This document shows positions 1 through 8,647 of a stretch of DNA of 40,179 nt, piece by piece. Under the pieces are notes generated by a model, which was not told the origin of the DNA, made no database searches, and worked only from the letters and a program-made list of their open reading frames with translations. The stretch's first letter is position 1. Each line of letters opens with the position of its first letter. The translations under genes and the position numbers were made by a program. The DNA is from Verrucomicrobia subdivision 6 bacterium BACL9 MAG-120507-bin52 (lineage in GTDB: Bacteria; Verrucomicrobiota; Verrucomicrobiia; Methylacidiphilales; Verrucolacustridaceae), in contig LIBO01000001.1 in the NCBI GenBank assembly GCA_001438005.1, positions 1 through 40,179 on the forward strand. Direction: 5' to 3'.

Positions 1-330
1 ATCTCGGTCGGGCATGCGAAAGCGATTCTTGGATTGAGCGAGGGGGCGGCGCAAAGTGCGATTGCTCGGGAAGTGGTCAAGCGCGGGCTGAGCGTGAGGC
101 AAGCGGAGGCGTTGGTCAGGCGGCAGATGAGTGGAACGCGTGGCCGGAAAAAAGGGAGAGGGTCCCAACTGGCGGATTGGAGGGATCTGGAGCTGAAGTT
201 GCAGAGGGCGACAGGGACTCGCGCCCGGATCGTTGGCAAAGTGGAGAGGGGCCACATCGAGTTGCCCTACACCTCCCCGGAGGAGTTGGAGCGGCTGAGC
301 ACGCATCTGGGAGTTCGACCCGCTATCTGA
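1..330 (+). CDS. parB: ParB/Spo0J chromosome partitioning protein, C-terminal part (5' end outside the window)
   Basis: Frame is open from base 1: ISVGHAKAILGL...LSVRQAEALV...LQRATGTRARI...GHIELPYTSPEELERL, typical ParB central and C-terminal motifs. Confidence 0.88.
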   Translation: MSVGHAKAILGLSEGAAQSAIAREVVKRGLSVRQAEALVRRQMSGTRGRKKGRGSQLADWRDLELKLQRATGTRARIVGKVERGHIELPYTSPEELERLSTHLGVRPAI

Positions 331-343
331 AAGGAAGGATGAA

Positions 344-2086
344 GTGAGTCAGAGAATCCGTCTTTTGGCGGAGGTGGTGGCGAACCGAATTGCGGCGGGG
401 GAGGTGGTGGAGCGTCCCGCATCGGTGGTGAAGGAGTTGGTGGAAAATTCCTTGGATGCAGGGGCGAAGACGGTGGAGGTGAGTATTGAGCGTGGGGGTC
501 GATCTTTAATTCGTGTCACAGACGATGGACATGGAATGGGACCGGAAGATGCCCTGCTGGCTTTAGAACGCCACGCCACGAGTAAAATTCGGGAAGCATC
601 GGATCTGATGGGAATCCGAACTTTTGGTTTTCGCGGGGAGGCGTTGCCGAGCATCGCCTCGGTCAGCCGATTTACTTTGAAGACCCGGGAAGCGGAGGCG
701 GCGGAGGGAACGGAGGTGGTAATCGATGGGGGGAAGGTGATTCGGGCGGGGCAGACGGGCTGTCCGGCGGGAACGAGCATTGAGGTGAGGCAGTTATTTT
801 CCCACGTGCCGGGGCGGAGGAAATTTTTACGAACAGAGGAAACGGAATGGGGACATATCGAGCAAGGGATTCGGCTGACGGCATTGGCGAGGCCCGATGT
901 AAGTTGGGTTTTACGAAGAGATGGAGCGGTCTTTTGGCAAGATATGGCTCGCAAGGGATTCGAGGAGAGATTGATGGCGGTTTTTGGGAAGGAGTGGAGG
1001 GGGTCGGTCCTGCCTTTGGAGGTGGAGGATGGTGGCATGCGGCTTCGGGGGTATCTCGGTCGGCCGGGAGTGAGTCGGGCCACCCGGGCGGAGCAGATTC
1101 TTTTTGTGAATGGGAGACCCGTGCAAAGCATGAGTTTGAACGCGGCTCTGCTGGAGGGATACCACAATGCGTTGATGCGAGGACGCTTTCCCGTGGCGGT
1201 CCTTTTTTTAGAGATGGACCCAGCTGGGGTGGACGTGAACGTTCACCCGGCCAAAAGGGAGGTTCGGTTTCGTCAGGATGGTGATGTTCGACGATTTGTC
1301 AGTGGAGCCGTGGCCGAGGTGTTGCGGGGCGGGTCGGTCGGGCCGTTGCCCATGCCAGCGATGACGAACCAGGGGAGTGCGGGTTGGCCAACGACTCACT
1401 CCACTTGGACTCAACCATCTCCCCTTTTGTCAGCGAATTTAGCCGTACCAACGGCGGTGGAAAGGCCACTCGGAATTCTGGTGGAGTCGGCCGCAGGAAT
1501 TCCGGCTGGCTGGCGGTATTTGGGGGTGATTGATCATCTGTATATTGTGGCGGAGAAAGATGGGGGGGCAGTTTTGATCGATCAACATGCGGCCCATGAA
1601 AGAATTCTGTTTGAGCAGTTACTGAAGCAGGTGGCGCAGGAGGAGGTAACGGGTCAACGGCTGCTCTATCCGGTGACGGTGGAATTTTCGCCGGTGCAGG
1701 CAAATTTTCTGAGGAATCAAATGGAGGAGTTGGAGAAGGTGGGTTTAGGAATTTCTTCGCTCGGCGGGAACTCGTTTTTGGTCGATGCCTTGCCTCCGAG
1801 GATTCGGACTTTGGCGGTGGAGGAGTTTGTCCGAGGGGTAGTGGCCGATTTGGAGGTGGGCGGCGTTGGGGTGAGAAAGGATCGCAAGCTGAGTGAGGAG
1901 GTGATTGCGAAGACAGTCTGTCGGCATGCCATTAAGGCGAACGATCGCCTGAATGAGGCGGAGGCGGTGCGTTTATTGGCGGATCTGCTGGCTTGTGAAC
2001 TGCCCTACACTTGTCCGCATGGGCGACCGACGATGATTTTGTTAAGCAAGTTGGAACTGGAAAAGAAGTTCGGCCGGGCGGGCTAA
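344..2086 (+). CDS. mutL: DNA mismatch repair endonuclease MutL
   Basis: IAAGEVVERP, ENSLDAGA, GFRGEAL, DVNVHPAKREV; C-terminal DQHAAHERILFE and CPHGRP endonuclease motifs; GTG start after AAGGAAGGA. Confidence 0.98.
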   Translation: MSQRIRLLAEVVANRIAAGEVVERPASVVKELVENSLDAGAKTVEVSIERGGRSLIRVTDDGHGMGPEDALLALERHATSKIREASDLMGIRTFGFRGEALPSIASVSRFTLKTREAEAAEGTEVVIDGGKVIRAGQTGCPAGTSIEVRQLFSHVPGRRKFLRTEETEWGHIEQGIRLTALARPDVSWVLRRDGAVFWQDMARKGFEERLMAVFGKEWRGSVLPLEVEDGGMRLRGYLGRPGVSRATRAEQILFVNGRPVQSMSLNAALLEGYHNALMRGRFPVAVLFLEMDPAGVDVNVHPAKREVRFRQDGDVRRFVSGAVAEVLRGGSVGPLPMPAMTNQGSAGWPTTHSTWTQPSPLLSANLAVPTAVERPLGILVESAAGIPAGWRYLGVIDHLYIVAEKDGGAVLIDQHAAHERILFEQLLKQVAQEEVTGQRLLYPVTVEFSPVQANFLRNQMEELEKVGLGISSLGGNSFLVDALPPRIRTLAVEEFVRGVVADLEVGGVGVRKDRKLSEEVIAKTVCRHAIKANDRLNEAEAVRLLADLLACELPYTCPHGRPTMILLSKLELEKKFGRAG

Positions 2087-3238
2087 ATGGCGGAAGAGCG
2101 AATTTTTTTGGACCACGCATCGGGCGGGCCACTGTTGCCGGCGGCAAGGGTTGAGATGGAGAGGGTTTTATCGGGTGAGGGTGCGGCACCGGGCGGGGGA
2201 CATCGCGAGGCGAGGGAGGCGCGAGTAATTCTGGAGGCGGCCAGGAAGCAATCGGCGGAGTTTTTGGGGACGGAGGAGCCGGATCGGCTTGTCTTTACCT
2301 CGGGGGGAACGGAGGCGGTGCAAGCAGCGATTCGGGGATGGGGAGAGGCGGCGGGTAAGGGCACGATTTATGTGAGCGAAATCGAGCACCCAGCGGTGGA
2401 GACGGCGGTGCGGAGATTGCAAAAGTCTGGCTTCTCCGTGGTGCCTATTCCGGTGGATGGGGAGGGAAGGCTACAGTGGAAAAGGGTCAAACCGGCTGGG
2501 CCGGGTTTGGTGTGCGTGCATGTAGCGCACCACGACCTGGGGACAGTGCAGGATTTAGTTCAAGCGAGAGTGTTGGCGAATTCGGTCAAGGCCCAGCTTT
2601 TTTTGGATGGAACCTTTGGGGCTGGTTGGATTGATTTGCCGAGGGAATTGGAAGGGGTGGATCTGTTGGCGGTGTCGGGTCATCGGCTAGGTGGTCCGAA
2701 GGGATCGGGGCTTTTGTGGGTGAGATCGGGGACTGCATGGAAAGCTCAACTTGAGGGGGGCCGGCAGGAGAATGATCAGCGGGCGGGGACGGAGAATCTT
2801 CCGGCGATCGCCGGGCTTGGCGCGGCGTTGCAAGAGTGGAATCGAGATGCTGGGAAATTTCGGAAGTGTGCGAGGGAGTCCCAAGAGGTGCTCTGGCGTG
2901 AGATTAGGAAAAAGGTTTCCTCGGCGAAGTTGCATGGACCGGAGCCGGGACCAGAGAGAAGTCCGGCGCATCTGGGGCTCAGTTTTGCGGGGTTGGAGGC
3001 GGAGTCATTGGCCTTGGTCCTGGATCGGGTAGGTGTGGTGGCGAGAGGAGGAAGTGGTTGTGTGACTCGGGAGATGAGGATTCCGCCCGGGATGCGCGCG
3101 ATCGGCGCTACTCCAGAGGAGGCGCGATCCCTAATTTTATTTACGCTGGGACGTGAAACGCGTGCCTCGCAGATGGCTTTAGCCGCCCAGCGGGTTGCAG
3201 ATGCGGTTCTTCGGTTGTCCGATGCCTTCGCCATGTAA
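2087..3238 (+). CDS. IscS/NifS-family (aminotransferase class V) cysteine desulfurase-like protein with a degenerate PLP site
   Basis: FTSGGTEA, EHPAV, SGHRLGGPKG, QE-RAGTEN and GSGC motifs; the PLP Lys position is Arg. Confidence 0.85.
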   Translation: MAEERIFLDHASGGPLLPAARVEMERVLSGEGAAPGGGHREAREARVILEAARKQSAEFLGTEEPDRLVFTSGGTEAVQAAIRGWGEAAGKGTIYVSEIEHPAVETAVRRLQKSGFSVVPIPVDGEGRLQWKRVKPAGPGLVCVHVAHHDLGTVQDLVQARVLANSVKAQLFLDGTFGAGWIDLPRELEGVDLLAVSGHRLGGPKGSGLLWVRSGTAWKAQLEGGRQENDQRAGTENLPAIAGLGAALQEWNRDAGKFRKCARESQEVLWREIRKKVSSAKLHGPEPGPERSPAHLGLSFAGLEAESLALVLDRVGVVARGGSGCVTREMRIPPGMRAIGATPEEARSLILFTLGRETRASQMALAAQRVADAVLRLSDAFAM

Positions 3239-3295
3239 GATTACATTTCGGGAATTTGTGTTTGGAGAGACGGTGGGAGTGGGCAAGGTATCTCG

Positions 3296-4354
3296 ATGAG
3301 CGTGAACGACTGGCGGGAGGAGGTGGTCAATCGATTGCGGGAGGTTAAATATCCCGGGTTTAGTCGCGATATTGTTTCCTTTGGGCTCGTGCAAGACATG
3401 GAGCTGACGGGGACAGATCTGAAGTTGAAATTAAAAATAACGACCCCTGATCCAGCAGTTCCTGAAAAAATTGGGCAGGAGATCCGGGACTCCTTGAAAG
3501 GGTATGCCCCGGTGAAAAGCGTCGCCATCGAGACGGAGGTCGCTCCTCCGCAGGCGACTGCGGCCACAGGTCCGCAGGGAATTCCGGGCGTGAAAAAGAT
3601 TATCGCCGTGGCGAGCGGCAAGGGCGGTGTGGGGAAATCCACCGTGGCCGCGAACTTGGCGGTGCAGCTGGCCAAAGGTGGTTTGAAGGTGGGGCTGTGT
3701 GATTGCGACTTATATGGACCGAGTCAGGCATTGATGTTGGGCTGCCGAGAAGGGGTGAGGGTAGAGGAGGGAAGTGAGCGGTTGGTGCCGGCTGAGGTCC
3801 ACGGGGTGAAGCTGATGAGCATGGGCATGCTTCTAGGGGATGATAGTCCAGCGGCTCTGCGGGGTCCGATGGTGACGCGATTTACGCAGCAGTTCTTACG
3901 GCAGGTCGCATGGGGAGAGTTGGATCTTTTGGTGCTCGACCTTCCCCCGGGGACGGGAGACATCCAGCTCACGATTGTGCAGACGGTGGCGCTGGATGGG
4001 TCAGTGATTGTCACGACACCGCAGGAGGTGGCGCTGGTGGACGCAAGGAAGGCCATGGCGATGTTTCGAAAGGTAAATGTGGCGATTTTAGGAATTGTGG
4101 AAAACATGAGTTTCTTCGTCGCCCCCGGCAGTGGGGAGAGACATGAGATCTTTGGTTCGGGCGGTGGACGGAAGGAGGCCGTTCGGCAAAGAGTACCGTT
4201 ACTGGGGGAAATTCCATTAGATCCCGAAGCTCGCCGTTGTGGGGATGAGGGGAGACCCGTGGTTTTGGAGTGTCCGGGTTCGACATCGGGAAAAGTTTTT
4301 GTAGATTTCGCTAATTACGTGTCAAAAATACTATTTTTAAACATATCATCATAA
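3296..4354 (+). CDS. mrp: Mrp/ApbC/NBP35 family P-loop ATPase (Fe-S carrier family) with N-terminal DUF59-like domain
   Basis: VASGKGGVGKST, DLYGPS, RGPM, DLPPGTGD, VTTPQ, GIVENMS; N-terminal VKYPGFSRDIVSFGLV. Confidence 0.93.
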   Translation: MSVNDWREEVVNRLREVKYPGFSRDIVSFGLVQDMELTGTDLKLKLKITTPDPAVPEKIGQEIRDSLKGYAPVKSVAIETEVAPPQATAATGPQGIPGVKKIIAVASGKGGVGKSTVAANLAVQLAKGGLKVGLCDCDLYGPSQALMLGCREGVRVEEGSERLVPAEVHGVKLMSMGMLLGDDSPAALRGPMVTRFTQQFLRQVAWGELDLLVLDLPPGTGDIQLTIVQTVALDGSVIVTTPQEVALVDARKAMAMFRKVNVAILGIVENMSFFVAPGSGERHEIFGSGGGRKEAVRQRVPLLGEIPLDPEARRCGDEGRPVVLECPGSTSGKVFVDFANYVSKILFLNISS

Positions 4355-4423
4355 GCAGTTTAGATATTAGGCTGTTTTGAAAAAGCCACTTGCGAATTGG
4401 CTTAAAAGAACGAAGTTATAGGT

Positions 4424-4666
4424 ATGGAAGCCAAGGACAGACCCCATTTTTCCCTTGATCCAAAATCGGTCTTTAAGAATTCAGCGCTGTATCGGGAGTT
4501 TTTGTTAGAGAGGGAAGAAATTCTTAAACACAAGTGGCACCTCAGCGAGCAGGCGGGTCACGATGTGGGTTTTGAGAAAGGTTTACTAGATTGGATCGTC
4601 AACCACCGTTCGGCATGGCGAGCGACGAGAGAGAAAGAGATAGCTAAGGAAAAGGATATTTGTTAA
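4424..4666 (+). CDS. Small conserved protein, DUF4032-like
   Basis: EILKHKWHLSEQAGHDVGFEKGLLDW resembles the DUF4032 motif (recalled, not searched); follows an AT-rich intergenic region. Confidence 0.65.
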   Translation: MEAKDRPHFSLDPKSVFKNSALYREFLLEREEILKHKWHLSEQAGHDVGFEKGLLDWIVNHRSAWRATREKEIAKEKDIC

Positions 4667-4685
4667 TTTAGGGATCGTTAAGCGT

Positions 4686-4721
4686 GTCCTTTAACCGGAA
4701 CCTGAGAGTTCCACAAGGAGG
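4686..4721 (+). promoter_or_regulatory. PyrR-binding RNA hairpin overlapping the pyrR Shine-Dalgarno
   Basis: TCCTT(4687-91)/AAGGA(4715-19) lower stem, TTTAA motif, GGAAC/GTTCC upper stem closing the loop CTGAGA; resembles the PyrR consensus UUUAA...CCNGNGAG. Confidence 0.8.
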
Positions 4722-4726
4722 CGGTG

Positions 4727-5260
4727 ATGGCGGATCAAGTTTTACTGGATGGGGAGAGTGTACGCCGAGCGGTCCGGCGGATGGCTCACGAATTTTCCGA
4801 AAAGCACCCCCACGGCAATTTCGCGCTGGTAGGAATTCAGACGAGGGGTGTGCCCTTGGCGCATCGATTGGCCAAGGAGTTTCAGCAGATTGAGGGGGGT
4901 AAAATTCTGCCGGTGGGATCGCTGGACATCAGTTTTCACCGGGACGATTTGGCCAGCAATATGCCCGTGCCCAAGGGGTCGGAGGTGCTTTTTGATCTGA
5001 AGGATCGGACGATCATTCTGGTGGACGATGTCCTGTACACGGGGCGAACGATCCGGGCCGCCATGGATGCGCTGTGCGATCTGGGGCGACCGAAGATTAT
5101 CCAGCTGGCGGTATTGGTGGATCGGGGGCATCGCGAGTTACCGATTCGGCCCGATTTTGTGGGAAAAAATTTGCCTACTTCCGCGCAACAAAGGGTGCGG
5201 GTGAGGCTGGCGGAGATGGATGGAGAGGATGCGGTGGTCCTAGAGAAGGAAAAAGTATGA
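4727..5260 (+). CDS. pyrR: Bifunctional pyr regulator / uracil phosphoribosyltransferase PyrR
   Basis: GIQTRG, LDISFHRDD, ILVDDVLYTGRTIRAAMDAL, DRGHRELPIRPDFVGKN; AGGAGG lies 5 nt before ATG 4727 (alternative GTG 4724). Confidence 0.97.
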   Translation: MADQVLLDGESVRRAVRRMAHEFSEKHPHGNFALVGIQTRGVPLAHRLAKEFQQIEGGKILPVGSLDISFHRDDLASNMPVPKGSEVLFDLKDRTIILVDDVLYTGRTIRAAMDALCDLGRPKIIQLAVLVDRGHRELPIRPDFVGKNLPTSAQQRVRVRLAEMDGEDAVVLEKEKV

Positions 5261-6201
5261 GTGGGGTGTGGCAGCGAAAAGATCTGCTCTCGCTTCGGGA
5301 GTTAAGTGCCGATGAGATTGGTAAGGTGCTGTCCACGGCCACGGTCTTTAAAGAAATTTTAGGAAGGCCGATTAAGAAGGTGCCTTCGATGCAGGGGCGG
5401 ACGGTGGTGAATCTGTTTATCGAGCCAAGTACAAGAACGAGGATCTCTTTTGAGTTGGCGGCGATACGGCTCAGCGCGGATGTGGTCTCATTAGACAAGG
5501 AGACGAGTAGCATTCGTAAAGGGGAGTCCCTGCAGGACACGGCCAAGAATTTGGAAGCGCTTCAGGCGGGCACGATCGTGATCCGGCATCGATCGGCTGG
5601 GGCGGCCCACTTTTTGGCGCAGAGGCTGAAAGCGTCCGTGATCAATGCAGGGGACGGGTCGCATGAGCATCCGACCCAAGGGTTGCTGGATACGTTCACC
5701 ATTCGAGAGCGACTGGGAAAGATTGAGGGGGTGAAGGTTTTGATTATCGGGGACATCGTGCATAGCCGGGTGGCGCGATCCAACTTGTGGGCTTTGACCA
5801 AACTGGGGGCGAAGGTGAAGTTGGTGGGGCCCTCCACCTTACTGCCGAAGGAGTTTGCGGAGTTGGGGGTGGAGGTGGCGCACACTTTGGACGGGGCGTT
5901 GGAGGAGGCGGACGTGATTAATCTCCTGCGAATTCAGCATGAGAGGCAGGTACAGGCACGGGTGCCCTCGATCGGTGAGTATGCGAACCTGTTTGGATTG
6001 AACATGCAGCGGTTTCAACGGTGTAAGCCTGGGGTGCTTTTGATGCATCCGGGACCGATTCATCGGGGGGTGGAGATCGCCAGTGAGCTAGCGGATGGAG
6101 TGCAGTCGGTCATTTTGGATCAGGTCACCAATGGGTTGGCGGTGCGAATGGCGGTTTTGTACTTGGTTTCGGGCGGAAAAGGTTTGGGGGGCGAGGCGTG
6201 A
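5257..6201 (+). CDS. pyrB: Aspartate carbamoyltransferase catalytic subunit
   Basis: EPSTRTRISFE, NAGDGSHEHPTQ, GDIVHSRVARS, HPGP; ATGA overlap with the pyrR stop. Confidence 0.97.
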   Translation: MSGVWQRKDLLSLRELSADEIGKVLSTATVFKEILGRPIKKVPSMQGRTVVNLFIEPSTRTRISFELAAIRLSADVVSLDKETSSIRKGESLQDTAKNLEALQAGTIVIRHRSAGAAHFLAQRLKASVINAGDGSHEHPTQGLLDTFTIRERLGKIEGVKVLIIGDIVHSRVARSNLWALTKLGAKVKLVGPSTLLPKEFAELGVEVAHTLDGALEEADVINLLRIQHERQVQARVPSIGEYANLFGLNMQRFQRCKPGVLLMHPGPIHRGVEIASELADGVQSVILDQVTNGLAVRMAVLYLVSGGKGLGGEA

Positions 6202-7487
6202 ACGAAATTCTTCTCCAAGGTGGGTTGGTGGTGGATCCGGCCACGGGGCGAGAGGCCAAGGGGGACATTTTGATTCGGGACGGAAAGATTGCGGACGGCA
6301 AGGCTGGCAAAAGTGCGGTGGTGGTGAAAGTGGAGGGGTTGGTGGTGACGGCTGGACTGATCGATCCGCATGTGCACCTGCGGGAACCAGGGCAATCGGC
6401 CAAGGAGACGATGGCCACGGGAACCGCGGCAGCGGTGGCGGGTGGTTTTACGTCGGTCATTGCTATGCCCAATACGTCCCCGGTGGCGGATGGACCAAAC
6501 ACGATCGCCTGGATGAAGCAGAGGGCGAGGGAGACGGGGGTGGCCAATGTGTTTCCCACGGGCACGATTTCTATGGGACAGAAGGGGGAGCAGTTGGCTC
6601 CGATCGGGTCGTTGCGGCAGGCGGGAGTGGTGGCGATCACAGATGATGGGCACTGCATTCAAAGTGCGGAGTTGATGAGGAGAGCGTTGGAGTACGCGCG
6701 AATGTTTGACCTACCAGTGCTGGATCATTGCGAGGATCGGTCACTTTCGGCCGGCGGAGTCGTGAATGAGGGAAAGTGGTCGAGGATCTTGGGTCTGCCG
6801 GCTTGGCCGGGAATCGCAGAGGAGGTGATTGTTTCCCGGAACGTGTTGTTGGCGGAGCTGACGGGGGCAAGAGTAGTTTGCCAACACATGAGTACGGCCG
6901 GATCGGTGCGAATTTTACGGGAGGCAAAAAAGAGGGGGATTTTGATTGAGGGAGAGGCCTCTCCGCACCATCTGACTTTGACGGACGATCGGGTGGAGGG
7001 CTATGACACCTCGTTTAAGATGAACCCTCCGCTCCGGACGGCCGCAGATGTGGAGGAATTAAGGAGGGGGGTGGTCGACGGAACGATTCGGTTTTTGGCG
7101 ACGGATCATGCGCCGCACTGCAGTTACGAGAAAGAGGTGGAGTTTGATGAGGCGCCCTTTGGGGTAGTGGGGTTGGAGACAGCGTTAGGAATTTACTTAA
7201 CGGAGCTGGTCCATAGCGGGTTGATGCCTTTAGGCGAGGTCTTGGGAAGAATGAGCATGTTTCCCTCGACCTATTTCGGGCTAGGTCGCGGAACTTTGGC
7301 GGTGGGGGCGACCGCCGATGTGACGGTGCTCGATCCGGAGCGCAAGTGGGTGGTGAAAAAGTCGGAGTTTAAAAGCTTAGGGAGGAACACCCCGTTTGAG
7401 GGGCGGGAGTTGAGGGGGAGAGCGGTATTGACAATGGTGGACGGAAAAATTCGGCACGATCTCGACGGCCGAGTGGTGGGGGCGTAG
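6198..7487 (+). CDS. pyrC: Dihydroorotase (class I)
   Basis: DPHVHLREPG, MPNT, HCED, KMNPPLR, ATDHAPH, GRNTPF; GTGA overlap with pyrB. Confidence 0.96.
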   Translation: MNEILLQGGLVVDPATGREAKGDILIRDGKIADGKAGKSAVVVKVEGLVVTAGLIDPHVHLREPGQSAKETMATGTAAAVAGGFTSVIAMPNTSPVADGPNTIAWMKQRARETGVANVFPTGTISMGQKGEQLAPIGSLRQAGVVAITDDGHCIQSAELMRRALEYARMFDLPVLDHCEDRSLSAGGVVNEGKWSRILGLPAWPGIAEEVIVSRNVLLAELTGARVVCQHMSTAGSVRILREAKKRGILIEGEASPHHLTLTDDRVEGYDTSFKMNPPLRTAADVEELRRGVVDGTIRFLATDHAPHCSYEKEVEFDEAPFGVVGLETALGIYLTELVHSGLMPLGEVLGRMSMFPSTYFGLGRGTLAVGATADVTVLDPERKWVVKKSEFKSLGRNTPFEGRELRGRAVLTMVDGKIRHDLDGRVVGA

Positions 7488-7499
7488 CGTTCCGCAACG

Positions 7500-8639
7500 A
7501 TGGAAGGAATTTTGGCATTTGAGGATGGGACCATTTTGCACGGACGGGGCTTTGGTCACGAGGGATGGGTAGCGGCGGAGTTGTGCTTCAACACATCGAT
7601 GACGGGATATCAGGAGATTCTCACGGATCCGAGTTATCGAGGGCAGATTGTGGCTTTGACTTGTCCTGAGATCGGCAACACGGGAATCAACCCAGAAGAT
7701 GAGGAGTCGGATCGACCCCAGGTTTCGGGTTTGTTGGTGCGGCGGTTGTCGACCCGAGGCAGCAGTTGGAGAGAGCGGGAAACCTTGGATGTTTATTTGC
7801 GCAGGCACAAGGTGCTGGGCTTGGAGGGGGTGGACACGAGGTGTTTGACACGAAAGTTACGTACCTTGGGGGCAATGAAAGGAGTCTTGGCGAATCAAGG
7901 AATGAAGCCGGAAGAGGCGGTGCAGAGGGCAAGAGAGTGGGCTGGGTTAGGGGGAAAGGATTATGTGGCGGAGGTAACGTGCACTAAGTCGTTTGAGTGG
8001 GATCCGGAGGGAAAAGATTTCCCCGGTCGGCTGGGTAGTGAGCGGGAAACGATGCCGGCGGTTCGGCACAGGGTCGCGGCGATTGATTGCGGGATGAAGA
8101 GGAACATTTTGCGACAATTGCGGGCAGAGGGCATTCAACCGATTGTTTTTCCAGCGAAGGCAACGGCGGAGGAGATTTTGGGGGCGAAGGTGGACGGCAT
8201 ATTTTTATCGAACGGGCCAGGGGATCCATCGGTTCCGACTTATGTGCATCAAATGGTGCGGGAACTGGTGGGCAAGAAACCGATTTTCGGGATCTGTCTG
8301 GGGCATCAGATGTTAGCCCACGCGTTGGGAGGCAAGACCTATAAGTTAAAGTTCGGGCATCGCGGAGGAAACCAACCGGTGAAGGATTTGCGATCGGGTA
8401 AAGTTTCGATCACGAGCCAAAACCATGGATATGCGGTCGATCCGGATTCTTTGCCGAAGGGAACGGTCGAAGTCACGCATGTGAATCTAAATGATGGGAC
8501 GTGTGAGGGCCTTCAGCTGAAGGGTGGCGGGGCGTTTTCGGTCCAGTACCATCCGGAGGCAGCGCCCGGGCCACACGATGCGGGATATTTCTTCCGTCAG
8601 TTTGCTGAGTTGCTGGACGCGACAAAAAAGAGGGGATAA
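7500..8639 (+). CDS. carA: Carbamoyl-phosphate synthase small (glutaminase) subunit
   Basis: FNTSMTGYQEILTDPSY, SNGPGDP, GICLGHQ, SQNHGYAV, QYHPEAAPGPHD. Confidence 0.98.
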   Translation: MEGILAFEDGTILHGRGFGHEGWVAAELCFNTSMTGYQEILTDPSYRGQIVALTCPEIGNTGINPEDEESDRPQVSGLLVRRLSTRGSSWRERETLDVYLRRHKVLGLEGVDTRCLTRKLRTLGAMKGVLANQGMKPEEAVQRAREWAGLGGKDYVAEVTCTKSFEWDPEGKDFPGRLGSERETMPAVRHRVAAIDCGMKRNILRQLRAEGIQPIVFPAKATAEEILGAKVDGIFLSNGPGDPSVPTYVHQMVRELVGKKPIFGICLGHQMLAHALGGKTYKLKFGHRGGNQPVKDLRSGKVSITSQNHGYAVDPDSLPKGTVEVTHVNLNDGTCEGLQLKGGGAFSVQYHPEAAPGPHDAGYFFRQFAELLDATKKRG

Positions 8640-8647
8640 TTTTTCCT

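Noticed and set aside
4390-4422. TTGCGA...TATAGG as a promoter for the DUF4032-like gene
   Set aside because: Spacing is 21 bp and there is no good -10 element at 16-18 bp; a promoter is likely in this spacer but cannot be placed
4684-4893. 69-aa ORF as a possible pyr leader peptide
   Set aside because: Out of frame within pyrR with no SD; the PyrR hairpin explains the sequence
5074-5256. Long N-terminal extension of PyrB in the ORF track (likewise secE, rplA, rpsL, rplB, rpmC, rplN, rpsD)
   Set aside because: Artefact of longest-ORF calling; downstream starts match family N-termini, SDs or stop/start overlaps
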